A stretch of 62,974 bases of DNA, counting the filler. It is 14 parts of 14 records of this genome, joined end to end, with 100 filler letters (N's around TTAATTAATTAA, not from the genome) between each part and the next. Parts side by side here need not be neighbours in the genome. Positions count along the whole stretch, not along the records: positions 34,033 to 36,269 come from SRR11831580_91; positions 36,370 to 38,704 come from SRR11831580_92; positions 38,805 to 49,336 come from SRR11831580_101; positions 49,437 to 56,645 come from SRR11831580_120; 10 more parts are not named here. One strand, 5' to 3'. The first letter of the stretch is position 1. Every line of letters starts with the position of its first letter. This document shows, in pieces, positions 34,033 to 49,461 of this stretch. The translations under genes were made by a program, and so were the position numbers. The notes beneath the pieces are model-generated. The model did no database searches. It was not told the DNA's origin and was given only the letters and a program-made list of their open reading frames with translations.

Positions 34033-36269
34033 GATGAGGCCCTGGAGCAGTACAATGAGGACGTTGCTGTGATGGACCTGGTGTTGTTCGAGGACGCTAT
34101 GTACCACATCTGCCGTATCTCGCGCATCATCGGTACGTTGGTCCTTAACATGCATGATTCTGTTACCTGTTCCCAAAAGGTCGACTACGGTGATGTTTCG
34201 TTTGGACCGGATAGTTGACATGATTTGTGACACACAGAGAACCCGCGTGGCAATGCGTTGCTGGTGGGTGTGGGAGGCAGCGGTAAGCAGTCTCTGGCGC
34301 GCATTGCAGCGTTCATCAGTCAGTACACTGTGGTGCAGATTACGATCTCCAAGACGTACGGTGTGGCGGATCTCAAGGCGGACATCAACGCCATGTACCA
34401 GAAGGTACGACAAGAGTGTGTGTGGCGTGATCTTGTTGCGTTTGTTGCGATAGAGAGACTAATCCCAGTGTGGTGCTTGGCCCTGTGTCGGCGTTGTTCT
34501 TATGCGGTTGTGTGTGCTTCTGTTGGCGCATTCTAATACCGTTGTGTTTACACTTGTGTGTGTATCTTTTGTGTGATGTGCGTAGGCCGGTGTCAAGAAC
34601 ATGGGTCTGCTGTTCCTGCTGACAGACTCGCAAATCGTCGACGAGAAGTTCCTCGTGTACATCAACGACATGCTCAGTACGGGTTACCTGCCCGACATCT
34701 TCACGCAGGTGCGCTGGCTCCCCACTCTTTAGGAGCTTTGGCGGGTAGCTGACATGTTGCTTGCTCTTTTCTCGTGGTGCAGGAGGAGCGCGACAATATC
34801 ATCAACGCGCTGCGATCTGAAGTCAAGGCCACCGGTCTCGTGGACACTCCCGATACTGTGTGGGACTTCTTCATTGAGAAAGTTCGCCGAAACTTGCATG
34901 TCTGCCTGTGCTTCTCCCCCGTGGGTGATGCGTTCCGTGTGCGTGCGCGCAAGTTCCCTGCCCTCGTGAACTCCACGATGATTGACTGGTTCCATCCTTG
35001 GCCTCATCAGGCGCTCATCTCCGTGGCAACTCGGTTCTTGGCCGATGTCGAGTTTGCATCCGATGACGTACGTTCCTGTTTTTGTGTGTGTTGATGTTGG
35101 TAGTGTTGGTTGTTTTGGTGCGTGTGATAGGTAGTGCTGGGTTTCGTTGGATAATCTTTCGTGCTCGTTGGTCATTTTTGTAATATACACCCACACGCAG
35201 CACTCTGCTTCCCTCTTTCAACGCATACATACACCTTCTAACATGATTCCCCGTATAGGTCCGCGATAATGTGGTGGCCTTCATGGCCCATGCCCACGGC
35301 TCCGTTAAGAAAGTGTCAGAAGTGTACCTAGCCGCTGAGAAACGCGCCAACTACGTGACACCCAAGTCCTACCTCGAGTTGATTTCACTGTACAAGAGTA
35401 TGTTGTTGCAGAAGCGGCAGCAGAACCGAGAACAGATTGAGCGCTTGGAGAATGGTTTGGTGAAACTGCAGGTGCGTCGTTGTTGCTGAGTGCACACACA
35501 GCGTCGGTTGTGTCTATGCTACTGTGTCCATGCTGCACGTTTCGAGCCGTTGGTGTGGTGTTCCTGTATCATATCTTTGGTTTCTTTTCTTTGTGCCTTT
35601 CCCTGTGCGCTTGAATCTAAACCGGCTTTTCTTCCTGCCCTCGTGTGCACAGGCAACCACAGATGATGTGGAGAAGTTGAAAGACTCGCTCCGTATTCAG
35701 TCTTTGGAGGTGGACCGCAAGAAGGCCGCCGCAGACCAGCTGTTGGAGCGGGTAGGCAAGGAGACCGTCATTGTGCAGGTACGCGAATTGATGAAGGACA
35801 TGTATGTGTGCGTGCTTTTGTGTCAAAAGAGGGGGTGTTTCAGGGTCTCTGAGAAATGCTGCGCTGCATCTGACACTATACGTACTTGCTATGTGTGTCC
35901 GCGTGTGCGTGTGTCTCTGTGTAGGGCGAGCAAGCAAAGGCTGCGGCTGAAGAGGAGAAAACAGCTGCCCAAGCACGTGAGGTTGCTGCCAAACAGGCCG
36001 AATGTTCGAAGGATCTTGAGAAGGCCGAACCTGCTATCATTGCGGCGGAGAAAGCGCTCAACACCCTCAACAAGGCGAATTTGACCGAGTTGAAGTCGTT
36101 CGGTAAACCGGTACGTAGAGGTCTCGGTTCAGGAGATGTCCGAGCGCATGGATTGAATGTGGATTTCTCTCAGTGTGGACGGGTATCTGACATGTGTTTT
36201 GACAAAACTCCTACAGGCTCAGGAAATCGTGGATGTCGCAGCGGCTGTGATGTACCTGCTCTCCCCGAA
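34033..36269 (+). CDS. Axonemal dynein heavy chain, outer-arm (DNAH9/11/17-like); AAA4 and stalk fragment, 7 GT-AG introns
   Basis: [73 protein letters not shown]. Confidence 0.93.
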
Positions 36270-36369
36270 NNNNNNNNNNNNNNNNNNNNNNNNNNNNNNN
36301 NNNNNNNNNNNNNTTAATTAATTAANNNNNNNNNNNNNNNNNNNNNNNNNNNNNNNNNNNNNNNNNNNN

Positions 36370-37595
36370 ACGGTTTGTTCGCCCATGGTATGGCTGATGT
36401 CAAAGCACTCCATCCGCTTCACTTCCGGCAATTTCAACACGCTGGCAAGCGCGGTCAGTCGCTGGTGAACGGTAGATTGCTGCGAAAGTTTGCTGGTTAA
36501 GGCCGTCGCCGCATTGGTGCGCGCGAGTTTCAGATAACGCGCCCTATCGCCGCGAGGTTTGGTTTGAACATTAATCTTGCGTCCCGCCAGTTCTGAAAGG
36601 GAATCGGCGAGCAGCGTTTTATCGCTAAGATTAAAATCGAGCAGGATCTCACCCGGTAAGGTGCGCATCTGGCTGCCTTGTAAATAGAACTGGCCTACGA
36701 AGGTTTCTACCACCTCGCTCAGTTCCGTACCGCCAGGCACTTTCGGGAAATAGCTGCGGCTGCCGAGCACTTTGCCCTGACGAATGAACAATACGTGGAC
36801 ACAAGCCATGCCCGCATCGAACGCCACACCAATAACGTCGAGGTCGTCGCCGGTATTGGAAACGAATTGTTTTTCGGTGACGCGTCGCACCGCCTGAATT
36901 TGGTCGCGAATACGTGCAGCTTCTTCAAACTCCAGATTCTGGCTGGCAGTTTCCATACGACTAATGAGTTGCGTAAGCACCTGATCATCTTTGCCAGACA
37001 AAAACAGGCGCACATACTCGACCTGCTGAGCGTATTCTTCTTCACTCACCAGTCCTTCAACGCACGGTCCCAGACAGCGCCCTATCTGGTATTGCAGACA
37101 CGGACGCGAGCGATTGCGATAAACACTATTTTCGCACTGGCGAATGGGGAAAATCTTTTGCAGTAGCGCCAGTGTTTCACGTACGGCATAGCCATTCGGG
37201 AACGGGCCGAAATATTCACCTTTGGCATGCTTCGCACCACGATGCATCGCCAGACGCGGGTGGGTATCACCACTCAGGAAGATAAAAGGATATGATTTAT
37301 CATCGCGTAGCAAAACGTTGTAACGCGGCTGATAGAGTTTGATGTAGTTGTGTTCCAGCAACAGCGCTTCGGTTTCTGTGTGAGTAACCGTTACATCAAT
37401 TTGCTGGATCTGGGCGACCAGCGCTTCGGTTTTGCGCGAAGCGAGGTTGCTACGGAAATAGCTGGAAAGCCGTTTTTTCAGGTCTTTCGCTTTGCCGACA
37501 TAGATAACCGTACCACCAGCATCGTGCATGCGATAAACGCCTGGCTGGCTGGTTACGGTTTTTAAAAACGCTTTTGCGTCAAACTGATCACTCAC
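36370..37595 (-). CDS. uvrC: Excinuclease ABC subunit C, 3'-partial
   Basis: [20 protein letters not shown] domain; ECFDISH. Confidence 0.97.
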
Positions 37596-38248
37596 TGACT
37601 TGATAATGTCTCCGCATTACACAGACCATGGCGAATTGCCAGGTGAGTCAGCTCAACATCGCCATGAATGTTTAGTTTACTGAACATACGATAGCGGTAG
37701 CTGTTCACCGTTTTCGGACTGAGATTGAGCTGTTCTGAGATCTCATTGACCTTCTGGCCCTTGGTGATCATCAGCATAATCTGCAATTCACGTTCAGACA
37801 AACTGGCAAATGGGCTTTCTGTTTTTTCTGGTTCGATCTGGCTTAACGCCATTTGTTGAGCGATGTCAGAAGCAATGTAACGCTGCCCTGAATAGACAGA
37901 ACGAATCGCACTCACGACTTCCTGCGGAGCCGCGCCTTTGCTGAGGTAGCCCGCAGCACCGGCCTGCATGACTTTCGCTGGTAAAGGGTTTTCTGTATGG
38001 ACGGTAAGCATGATGATTTTGACATCAGCTGTGGAACGCGCGATTTTACGCGTCGCCTCAAGACCGCCAATGCCCGGCATACTCATGTCCATTAGCACCA
38101 CGTCAACGGCATTTGTCCGGCACCACTTAACGGCGTCTTCACCGCACGATGCCTCACCGACGACTTTTATACCCTTTATATCTTCCAGAATGCGTCGTAT
38201 CCCTGCGCGCACCAGTTCGTGGTCATCAACAAGTAGAACGTTGATCAA
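37592..38248 (-). CDS. uvrY: Response regulator UvrY
   Basis: REC plus LuxR HTH, 218 aa, overlapping the uvrC start. Confidence 0.97.
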   Translation of the reverse strand: MINVLLVDDHELVRAGIRRILEDIKGIKVVGEASCGEDAVKWCRTNAVDVVLMDMSMPGIGGLEATRKIARSTADVKIIMLTVHTENPLPAKVMQAGAAGYLSKGAAPQEVVSAIRSVYSGQRYIASDIAQQMALSQIEPEKTESPFASLSERELQIMLMITKGQKVNEISEQLNLSPKTVNSYRYRMFSKLNIHGDVELTHLAIRHGLCNAETLSSQ

Positions 38249-38543
38249 AGGAATATCTCCAGAAATAGGGATAACGCTACTGATAGTTAGTCATTCGTAT
38301 ATTAGCGGTTTTTATTGCAACTTTGAAACGTTAAAAATGGTGGGTATTCGATTTTTCTCTCGTTTTTGTCAATTCGATTGTCCACAGTTATGGTCACGCC
38401 CGTCACCAACGGCTTACCGGATCGTTTCACAGTAAGCCCTACGATGAAATGTGACAAAAATTGACTTTATTCAGCAAAAATGAAAATCAGCCCGCTGAAT
38501 ATGTAACATTAATTAACCCGAACAATACGGGCAAAAAACATTC

Positions 38544-38704
38544 ATGATAAAAATATTTATTGGTCATTATATTAACGTATTTTATAGCACTGCCGATATC
38601 ACGCTCAAAAAACAACCACTGCTATTTTTAGCAAAGCTTATGGTATACTCCGCCGCCTTAACATTTTTCACCGCAAATTTTCATTGCAACATGACGAGGA
38701 AAAT
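38544..38704 (+). CDS. yecU: Small protein YecU, 3'-partial
   Basis: MIKIFIGHYINV, divergent from uvrY (recalled K-12 annotation). Confidence 0.55.
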
Positions 38705-38804
38705 NNNNNNNNNNNNNNNNNNNNNNNNNNNNNNNNNNNNNNNNNNNNTTAATTAATTAANNNNNNNNNNNNNNNNNNNNNNNNNNNNNNNNNNNNNNNN
38801 NNNN

Positions 38805-38828
38805 TGTATGCTATACGAAGTTATTACG
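38805..38828 (+). other. 454 Titanium paired-end (loxP-derived) linker remnant
   Basis: TGTATGCTATACGAAGTTATTACG fused to internal dfp sequence at the contig start. Confidence 0.9.
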
Positions 38829-39586
38829 GTCAGGCTTGTGGTGATATCGGTCCTGGGCGAATGCTCGATCCGTTAACCATTGTGGATATGGCGGTAGCGC
38901 ATTTTTCGCCCGTCAACGACCTGAAACATCTGAACATTATGATTACCGCCGGCCCGACGCGTGAACCGCTCGATCCGGTGCGTTATATCTCTAATCACAG
39001 CTCCGGCAAGATGGGTTTTGCTATCGCCGCCGCCGCTGCCCGTCGTGGCGCGAACGTCACGCTGGTATCAGGTCCGGTTTCACTACCGACGCCACCGTTT
39101 GTTAAACGTGTTGATGTGATGACCGCGCTGGAAATGGAAGCCGCCGTGAATGCTTCTGTACAGCAGCAAAATATTTTTATCGGCTGCGCCGCCGTGGCGG
39201 ATTATCGCGCAGCTACCGTGGCCCCAGAGAAAATCAAAAAGCAGGCCACGCAGGGTGATGAATTAACAATAAAAATGGTTAAAAACCCCGATATCGTCGC
39301 AGGCGTTGCCGCACTAAAAGACCATCGACCCTACGTCGTTGGATTTGCCGCCGAAACAAATAATGTGGAAGAATACGCCCGGCAAAAACGTATCCGTAAA
39401 AACCTTGATCTGATCTGCGCGAACGATGTTTCCCAGCCAACTCAAGGATTTAACAGCGACAACAACGCATTACACCTTTTCTGGCAGGACGGAGATAAAG
39501 TCTTACCGCTTGAGCGCAAAGAGCTCCTTGGCCAATTATTACTCGACGAGATCGTGACCCGTTATGATGAAAAAAATCGACGTTAA
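38829..39586 (+). CDS. dfp: CoaBC, 5'-partial
   Basis: [35 protein letters not shown]. Confidence 0.96.
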
Positions 39587-40022
39587 GATTCTGGACCCGC
39601 GCGTTGGGAAGGAATTTCCGCTCCCGACTTATGCCACCTCTGGCTCTGCCGGACTTGACCTGCGTGCCTGTCTCAACGACGCCGTAGAACTGGCTCCGGG
39701 TGACACTACGCTGGTTCCGACCGGGCTGGCGATTCATATTGCCGATCCTTCACTGGCGGCAATGATGCTGCCGCGCTCCGGATTGGGACATAAGCACGGT
39801 ATCGTGCTTGGTAACCTGGTAGGATTGATCGATTCTGACTATCAGGGCCAGTTGATGATTTCCGTGTGGAACCGTGGTCAGGACAGCTTCACCATTCAAC
39901 CTGGCGAACGCATCGCCCAGATGATTTTTGTTCCGGTAGTACAGGCTGAATTTAATCTGGTGGAAGATTTCGACGCCACCGACCGCGGTGAAGGCGGCTT
40001 TGGTCACTCTGGTCGTCAGTAA
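39567..40022 (+). CDS. dut: dUTPase
   Basis: [31 protein letters not shown]. Confidence 0.98.
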
Positions 40023-40128
40023 CACATACGCATCCGAATAACGTCATAACATAGCCGCAAACATTTCGTTTGCGGTCATAGCGTGGGTGCCGCCTGGCAA
40101 GTGCTTATTTTCAGGGGTATTTTGTAAC

Positions 40129-40725
40129 ATGGCAGAAAAACAAACTGCGAAAAGGAACCGTCGCGAGGAAATACTTCAGTCTCTGGCGCTGATGCTGGAA
40201 TCCAGCGATGGAAGCCAACGTATCACGACGGCAAAACTGGCCGCCTCTGTCGGCGTTTCCGAAGCGGCACTGTATCGCCACTTCCCCAGTAAGACCCGCA
40301 TGTTCGATAGCCTGATTGAGTTTATCGAAGATAGCCTGATTACTCGCATCAACCTGATTCTGAAAGATGAGAAAGACACCACAGCGCGCCTGCGTCTGAT
40401 TGTGTTGCTGCTTCTCGGTTTTGGTGAGCGTAATCCTGGCCTGACCCGCATCCTCACTGGTCATGCGCTAATGTTTGAACAGGATCGCCTGCAAGGGCGC
40501 ATCAACCAGCTGTTCGAGCGTATTGAAGCGCAGCTGCGCCAGGTATTGCGTGAAAAGAGAATGCGTGAGGGTGAAGGTTACACCACCGATGAAACCCTGC
40601 TGGCAAGCCAGATCCTGGCCTTCTGTGAAGGTATGCTGTCACGTTTTGTCCGCAGCGAATTTAAATACCGCCCGACGGATGATTTTGACGCCCGCTGGCC
40701 GCTAATTGCGGCACAGTTGCAGTAA
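40129..40725 (+). CDS. slmA: Nucleoid occlusion factor (TetR family)
   Basis: [16 protein letters not shown]; 198 aa. Confidence 0.96.
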
Positions 40726-40730
40726 TATGA

Positions 40731-40754
40731 CGCCGGATGACTTTTCATCCGGCG
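40731..40754. terminator. Hairpin between convergent slmA and pyrE
   Basis: CGCCGGATGA-CTTT-TCATCCGGCG. Confidence 0.65.
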
Positions 40755-40761
40755 AGTTTCT

Positions 40762-41403
40762 TTAAACGCCAAACTCTTCGCGATAGGCCTTAACCGCCGC
40801 CAGATGTTCCGCCATTTCCGGCTTCTCTTCCAGGTAAGCAATCAGGTCTTTCAGGGTGATGATAGAGATCACTTTGCAGTTGTAATCACGCTCAACTTCC
40901 TGAATCGCCGAAATCTCGCCGCGCCCGCGTTCCTGACGATCGAGCGAAATCAACACGCCAGCAAGCGTCGCGCCATTGGCCTGAATAATCTCCATCGACT
41001 CGCGAATCGCCGTTCCGGCGGTGATCACATCATCTACCAGCATTACGCGTCCTTGTAACGCGCTACCAACCAGATTGCCGCCTTCACCGTGGTCTTTTGC
41101 TTCTTTGCGGTTAAAGCAGTACGGCAGGTCCAGGTCGTGATGCTCCGCCAGTGCCACAGCGGTTGTGGTGGCAATCGGGATCCCTTTGTAAGCAGGGCCA
41201 AACAGCAGATCGAACTCAATGCCGGAATCCACCAACGCTTCAGCGTAAAAACGGCCTAACAGTGCCAGATCGCGCCCGGTATTAAACAGCCCGGCGTTGA
41301 AGAAATAGGGGCTTTTGCGCCCGGATTTCAGCGTAAACTCGCCAAACTTTAACACCTGCTTGCTAAGCGCAAATTCAATAAACTGGCGCTGATATGGTTT
41401 CAT
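40762..41403 (-). CDS. pyrE: Orotate phosphoribosyltransferase
   Basis: [22 protein letters not shown]. Confidence 0.98.
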
Positions 41404-41435
41404 GCCTTCGCTCCTCATCTTACTTTTCTACAGAC

Positions 41436-41463
41436 AAAAAAAAGGCGACTCATCAGTCGCCTT
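41436..41463 (-). terminator. pyrE attenuator
   Basis: AAGGCGACT-GATG-AGTCGCCTTTTTTTT on the minus strand between rph and pyrE. Confidence 0.85.
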
Positions 41464-41468
41464 AAAAA

Positions 41469-42185
41469 TCAGTTTGCCAGCGCCGCCTTCTGCGTCGCTA
41501 CAATGGATTCGATTCCCCCTCGGGCCAGAGCCAACAAGATGAGTAGCTCTTCATGGGTGAACGGCTCGCCTTCTGCCGTCCCCTGCACTTCAATGATGCG
41601 CCCGTCTTCGGTCATCACTACGTTCATGTCGGTCTCTGCGGCAGAGTCTTCAACGTATTCCAGATCGCAAACCGCTTCGCCGTTCACAATTCCGACAGAA
41701 ACTGCGGCTACCATCCCTTTCATCGGATTGGTTTTCAGCTTGCCGTTTTCCACCAGCTTCTGTAGCGCATCTACCAGCGCCACGCAGGCACCCGTAATCG
41801 ACGCGGTACGCGTGCCACCATCAGCCTGAAGCACGTCGCAGTCCAGCGTAATGGTGAACTCACCCAGCGCTTTCAAATCTACTGCCGCGCGAAGAGCACG
41901 GGCGATCAGACGCTGGATTTCCATTGTGCGTCCACCCTGCTTACCTTTCGCCGCTTCACGAGCGTTACGGGTGTGGGTAGAACGTGGCAGCATGCCGTAC
42001 TCTGCGGTGATCCAGCCCTGGCCCTGACCTTTCAGGAAGCGCGGCACGCCTTCTTCAATAGAGGCGGTACACAACACTTTGGTATCGCCAAATTCGACCA
42101 GCACCGAGCCTTCTGCATGTTTTGTATAGTTACGAGTCAGGGTAACGGGACGCACCTGATTATTGCTACGGCCTGCTGGACGCAT
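41469..42185 (-). CDS. rph: RNase PH, full-length 238 aa (rph+)
   Basis: [13 protein letters not shown]; intact C-terminus [18 protein letters not shown]. Confidence 0.97.
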   Translation of the reverse strand: MRPAGRSNNQVRPVTLTRNYTKHAEGSVLVEFGDTKVLCTASIEEGVPRFLKGQGQGWITAEYGMLPRSTHTRNAREAAKGKQGGRTMEIQRLIARALRAAVDLKALGEFTITLDCDVLQADGGTRTASITGACVALVDALQKLVENGKLKTNPMKGMVAAVSVGIVNGEAVCDLEYVEDSAAETDMNVVMTEDGRIIEVQGTAEGEPFTHEELLILLALARGGIESIVATQKAALAN

Positions 42186-42311
42186 ATTGAAATCTCCGGC
42201 TTGAAACAAATGTGGCTGCGCATTATACGGACTTCCGGCGGTTATTCCTATCCTGACAAGGCATCGATGGCTATAATCCTTCCACCTCTCCTTTTATAAA
42301 CAGGAACGTCT

Positions 42312-43175
42312 ATGATCCGCAGTATGACCGCCTACGCCCGGCGTGAAATCAAGGGTGAATGGGGGAGCGCAACCTGGGAAATGCGCTCGGTAAACCAGCG
42401 TTATCTGGAAACTTACTTTCGTCTGCCGGAGCAGTTCCGTAGCCTTGAACCTGTCGTTCGCGAGCGTATTCGTTCTCGCCTGACGCGCGGTAAAGTGGAA
42501 TGTACCCTGCGCTATGAGCCAGATGTTAGCGCGCAAGGTGAGCTGATCCTCAACGAAAAACTGGCTAAACAGCTGGTAACTGCCGCGAACTGGGTAAAAA
42601 TGCAGAGTGACGAAGGGGAAATCAACCCGGTTGATATTCTACGCTGGCCGGGCGTGATGGCAGCCCAGGAGCAGGATCTTGACGCCATTGCCGCTGAAAT
42701 TCTCGCGGCGCTGGATGGTACGCTGGACGACTTTATTGTCGCGCGCGAAACCGAAGGTCAGGCACTGAAAGCATTGATCGAGCAGCGTCTGGAAGGCGTC
42801 ACCGCCGAAGTGGTCAAAGTCCGCTCCCATATGCCGGAAATCCTGCAATGGCAGCGTGAGCGTCTGGTCGCGAAGCTGGAAGATGCTCAGGTGCAACTGG
42901 AAAACAACCGTCTGGAGCAGGAACTGGTTCTGCTGGCACAACGAATTGACGTTGCCGAAGAACTGGATCGCCTCGAAGCGCATGTCAAAGAGACCTACAA
43001 CATTCTGAAGAAAAAAGAAGCGGTTGGTCGTCGTCTGGATTTTATGATGCAGGAGTTCAACCGCGAGTCGAACACTCTTGCGTCGAAGTCTATCAATGCC
43101 GAAGTGACAAACTCCGCCATCGAGCTGAAAGTGTTGATTGAGCAGATGCGCGAGCAGATTCAGAACATCGAATAA
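42312..43175 (+). CDS. yicC: YicC endoribonuclease family protein
   Basis: MIRSMTAYAR, QEFNRESNTLASK. Confidence 0.95.
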   Translation: MIRSMTAYARREIKGEWGSATWEMRSVNQRYLETYFRLPEQFRSLEPVVRERIRSRLTRGKVECTLRYEPDVSAQGELILNEKLAKQLVTAANWVKMQSDEGEINPVDILRWPGVMAAQEQDLDAIAAEILAALDGTLDDFIVARETEGQALKALIEQRLEGVTAEVVKVRSHMPEILQWQRERLVAKLEDAQVQLENNRLEQELVLLAQRIDVAEELDRLEAHVKETYNILKKKEAVGRRLDFMMQEFNRESNTLASKSINAEVTNSAIELKVLIEQMREQIQNIE

Positions 43176-43334
43176 CTCGTAACGCCAATTCTTACTTTTC
43201 CGCCTTCACAAATGCCGCCACTCAAACAGAGCGGCATTTTTCTTCCCCGCAACATTCAATTCTGTTTTGCGTGCCTGCTCCAGATTTTGCGATGTTTTTT
43301 TGCCCAGCACACTGAGAACGTGAGATACTCACAA

Positions 43335-43350
43335 CTGTATATAAATACAG
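43335..43350. promoter_or_regulatory. LexA (SOS) box of dinD
   Basis: CTGTATATAAATACAG fits CTG-N10-CAG. Confidence 0.9.
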
Positions 43351-43395
43351 TTACAGATTTACTTTCTTTGCAATTGATATCACATGGAGTGGGCA

Positions 43396-44220
43396 ATGAA
43401 CGAACATCATCAACCTTTTGAAGAGATAAAACTGATTAATGCAAACGGAGCAGAACAATGGTCAGCAAGACAACTTGGGAAACTACTGGGTTATTCAGAG
43501 TATCGTCACTTTATACCTGTATTAACGCGCGCCAAAGAAGCCTGTGAGAACAGTGGTCACACAATTGATGACCATTTCGAGGAGATCCTCGATATGGTCA
43601 AAATTGGCTCAAATGCCAAAAGAGCATTAAAAGACATCGTACTCTCCCGCTATGCCTGTTACCTGGTAGTACAAAACGGCGACCCTGCGAAACCGGTCAT
43701 TGCGGCAGGGCAGACTTATTTTGCTATCCAGACCCGACGGCAGGAGCTTGCTGACGATGAAGCATTTAAGCAACTTCGTGAAGACGAAAAGCGTCTGTTT
43801 CTGAGAAATGAGTTGAAAGAACATAACAAACAATTGGTTGAGGCAGCACAGCAAGCTGGGGTAGCGACAGCTACTGATTTCGCCATATTTCAGAATCATG
43901 GTTACCAGGGGCTGTATGGTGGATTAGATCAGAAAGCTATTCATCAGCGGAAGGGGCTGAAAAAGAATCAGAAGATCCTGGATCATATGGGTTCAACAGA
44001 ACTGGCGGCTAATCTCTTTCGAGCTACCCAAACAGAAGAAAAACTCAAGCGGGATGGCGTGAATTCAAAACAGCAAGCAAACACCACACACTTTGACGTG
44101 GGTCGCAAGGTGAGGCAAACCATTCAGGAACTTGGCGGAACCATGCCTGAGGAGTTGCCGACCCCGCAGGTCAGCATCAAGCAGTTGGAAAACAGTGTAA
44201 AAATTACAGAGAAGAAATAG
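43396..44220 (+). CDS. dinD: DNA damage-inducible protein D
   Basis: WSARQL, LSRYACYL, MGSTELAANLFR; upstream SOS box. Confidence 0.95.
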   Translation: MNEHHQPFEEIKLINANGAEQWSARQLGKLLGYSEYRHFIPVLTRAKEACENSGHTIDDHFEEILDMVKIGSNAKRALKDIVLSRYACYLVVQNGDPAKPVIAAGQTYFAIQTRRQELADDEAFKQLREDEKRLFLRNELKEHNKQLVEAAQQAGVATATDFAIFQNHGYQGLYGGLDQKAIHQRKGLKKNQKILDHMGSTELAANLFRATQTEEKLKRDGVNSKQQANTTHFDVGRKVRQTIQELGGTMPEELPTPQVSIKQLENSVKITEKK

Positions 44221-44509
44221 CAGAAACTAAAAACTCTTTTTGTTGATTGAGACACCCGATGCGTAAGCCAAGGTCCAGGTGCAGTGAACACAATGGCTAA
44301 ATATTGCACCTTTCTTTTCCCCCTCAGTTTTAACCTATTTTTTCTTATGCATTTTCTCAGACAAGAAGTCAGAAGAATGCATCTCTGCTACAGAAAATAG
44401 CGATTTCACATAACTACAAGTTATCAATTTCCCCTCCCCTTAAAAAATCTCAATCGTGACAATGCGCACAAATCGCTACCCTGCCAGACAGATTTTTAGG
44501 GAGAGAACC

Positions 44510-47687
<3,178 letters not shown>

Positions 47688-47741
47688 ACCTGATTTCAGT
47701 ATCATGCCCAGTCATTTCTTCACCTGTGGAGCTTTTTAAGT

Positions 47742-48017
47742 ATGGCACGCGTAACTGTTCAGGACGCTGTAGAGAAAATTGGTAACCGTTTTGACCTGGT
47801 ACTGGTCGCCGCGCGTCGCGCTCGTCAGATGCAGGTAGGCGGAAAGGATCCGCTGGTACCGGAAGAAAACGATAAAACCACTGTAATCGCGCTGCGCGAA
47901 ATCGAAGAAGGTCTGATCAACAACCAGATCCTCGACGTTCGCGAACGCCAGGAACAGCAAGAGCAGGAAGCCGCTGAATTACAAGCCGTTACCGCTATTG
48001 CTGAAGGTCGTCGTTAA
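47742..48017 (+). CDS. rpoZ: RNA polymerase omega subunit
   Basis: [17 protein letters not shown]. Confidence 0.98.
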
Positions 48018-48035
48018 TCACAAAGCGGGTCGCCC

Positions 48036-49336
48036 TTGTATCTGTTTGAAAGCCTGAATCAACTGATTCAAACCTACCTGCCGGAAGACCAAATCAAGCG
48101 TCTGCGGCAGGCGTATCTCGTTGCACGTGATGCTCACGAGGGGCAAACACGTTCAAGCGGTGAACCCTATATCACGCACCCGGTAGCGGTTGCCTGCATT
48201 CTGGCCGAGATGAAACTCGACTATGAAACGCTGATGGCGGCGCTGCTGCATGACGTGATTGAAGATACTCCCGCCACCTACCAGGATATGGAACAGCTTT
48301 TTGGTAAAAGCGTCGCCGAGCTGGTAGAGGGGGTGTCGAAACTTGATAAACTCAAGTTCCGCGATAAGAAAGAGGCGCAGGCCGAAAACTTTCGCAAGAT
48401 GATTATGGCGATGGTGCAGGATATCCGCGTCATCCTCATCAAACTTGCCGACCGTACCCACAACATGCGCACGCTGGGCTCACTTCGCCCGGACAAACGT
48501 CGCCGCATCGCCCGTGAAACTCTCGAAATTTATAGCCCGCTGGCGCACCGTTTAGGTATCCACCACATTAAAACCGAACTCGAAGAGCTGGGTTTTGAGG
48601 CGCTGTATCCCAACCGTTATCGCGTAATCAAAGAAGTGGTGAAAGCCGCGCGCGGCAACCGTAAAGAGATGATCCAGAAGATTCTTTCTGAAATCGAAGG
48701 GCGTTTGCAGGAAGCGGGAATACCGTGCCGCGTCAGTGGTCGCGAGAAGCATCTTTATTCGATTTACTGCAAAATGGTGCTCAAAGAGCAGCGTTTTCAC
48801 TCGATCATGGACATCTACGCTTTCCGCGTGATCGTCAATGATTCTGACACCTGTTATCGCGTGCTGGGCCAGATGCACAGCCTGTACAAGCCGCGTCCGG
48901 GCCGCGTGAAAGACTATATCGCCATTCCAAAAGCGAACGGCTATCAGTCTTTGCACACCTCGATGATCGGCCCGCACGGTGTGCCGGTTGAGGTCCAGAT
49001 CCGTACCGAAGATATGGACCAGATGGCGGAGATGGGTGTTGCCGCGCACTGGGCTTATAAAGAGCACGGCGAAACCAGTACTACCGCACAAATCCGCGCC
49101 CAGCGCTGGATGCAAAGCCTGCTGGAGCTGCAACAGAGCGCCGGTAGTTCGTTTGAATTTATCGAGAGCGTTAAATCCGATCTCTTCCCGGATGAGATTT
49201 ACGTTTTCACACCGGAAGGGCGCATTGTCGAGCTGCCTGCCGGTGCAACGCCCGTCGACTTCGCTTATGCAGTGCATACCGATATCGGTCATGCCTGCGT
49301 GGGCGCACGCGTTGACCGCCAGCCTTACCCGCTGTC
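48036..49336 (+). CDS. spoT: (p)ppGpp synthetase/hydrolase, 3'-partial
   Basis: HD motif LLHDVIED, YQSLHT, TGS start. Confidence 0.98.
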
Positions 49337-49436
49337 NNNNNNNNNNNNNNNNNNNNNNNNNNNNNNNNNNNNNNNNNNNNTTAATTAATTAANNNNNNNN
49401 NNNNNNNNNNNNNNNNNNNNNNNNNNNNNNNNNNNN

Positions 49437-49461
49437 CCTGTGTGCCTTGCCTCCCACGACT
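49437..49461 (-). other. Untrimmed 454 rapid-library adaptor
   Basis: CCTGTGTGCCTTGCCTCCCACGACT. Confidence 0.9.

Noticed and set aside
34133-34160. TCCTTAAC U12-like branch motif in the first dynein intron
   Set aside because: It lies near the 5' end of an intron with a GTACGT donor and a distant CAG acceptor, so the intron is U2-type.
38805-38828. loxP site suggesting an engineered dfp allele or phage P1
   Set aside because: The trailing TACG and contig-edge position match the 454 Titanium mate-pair linker.
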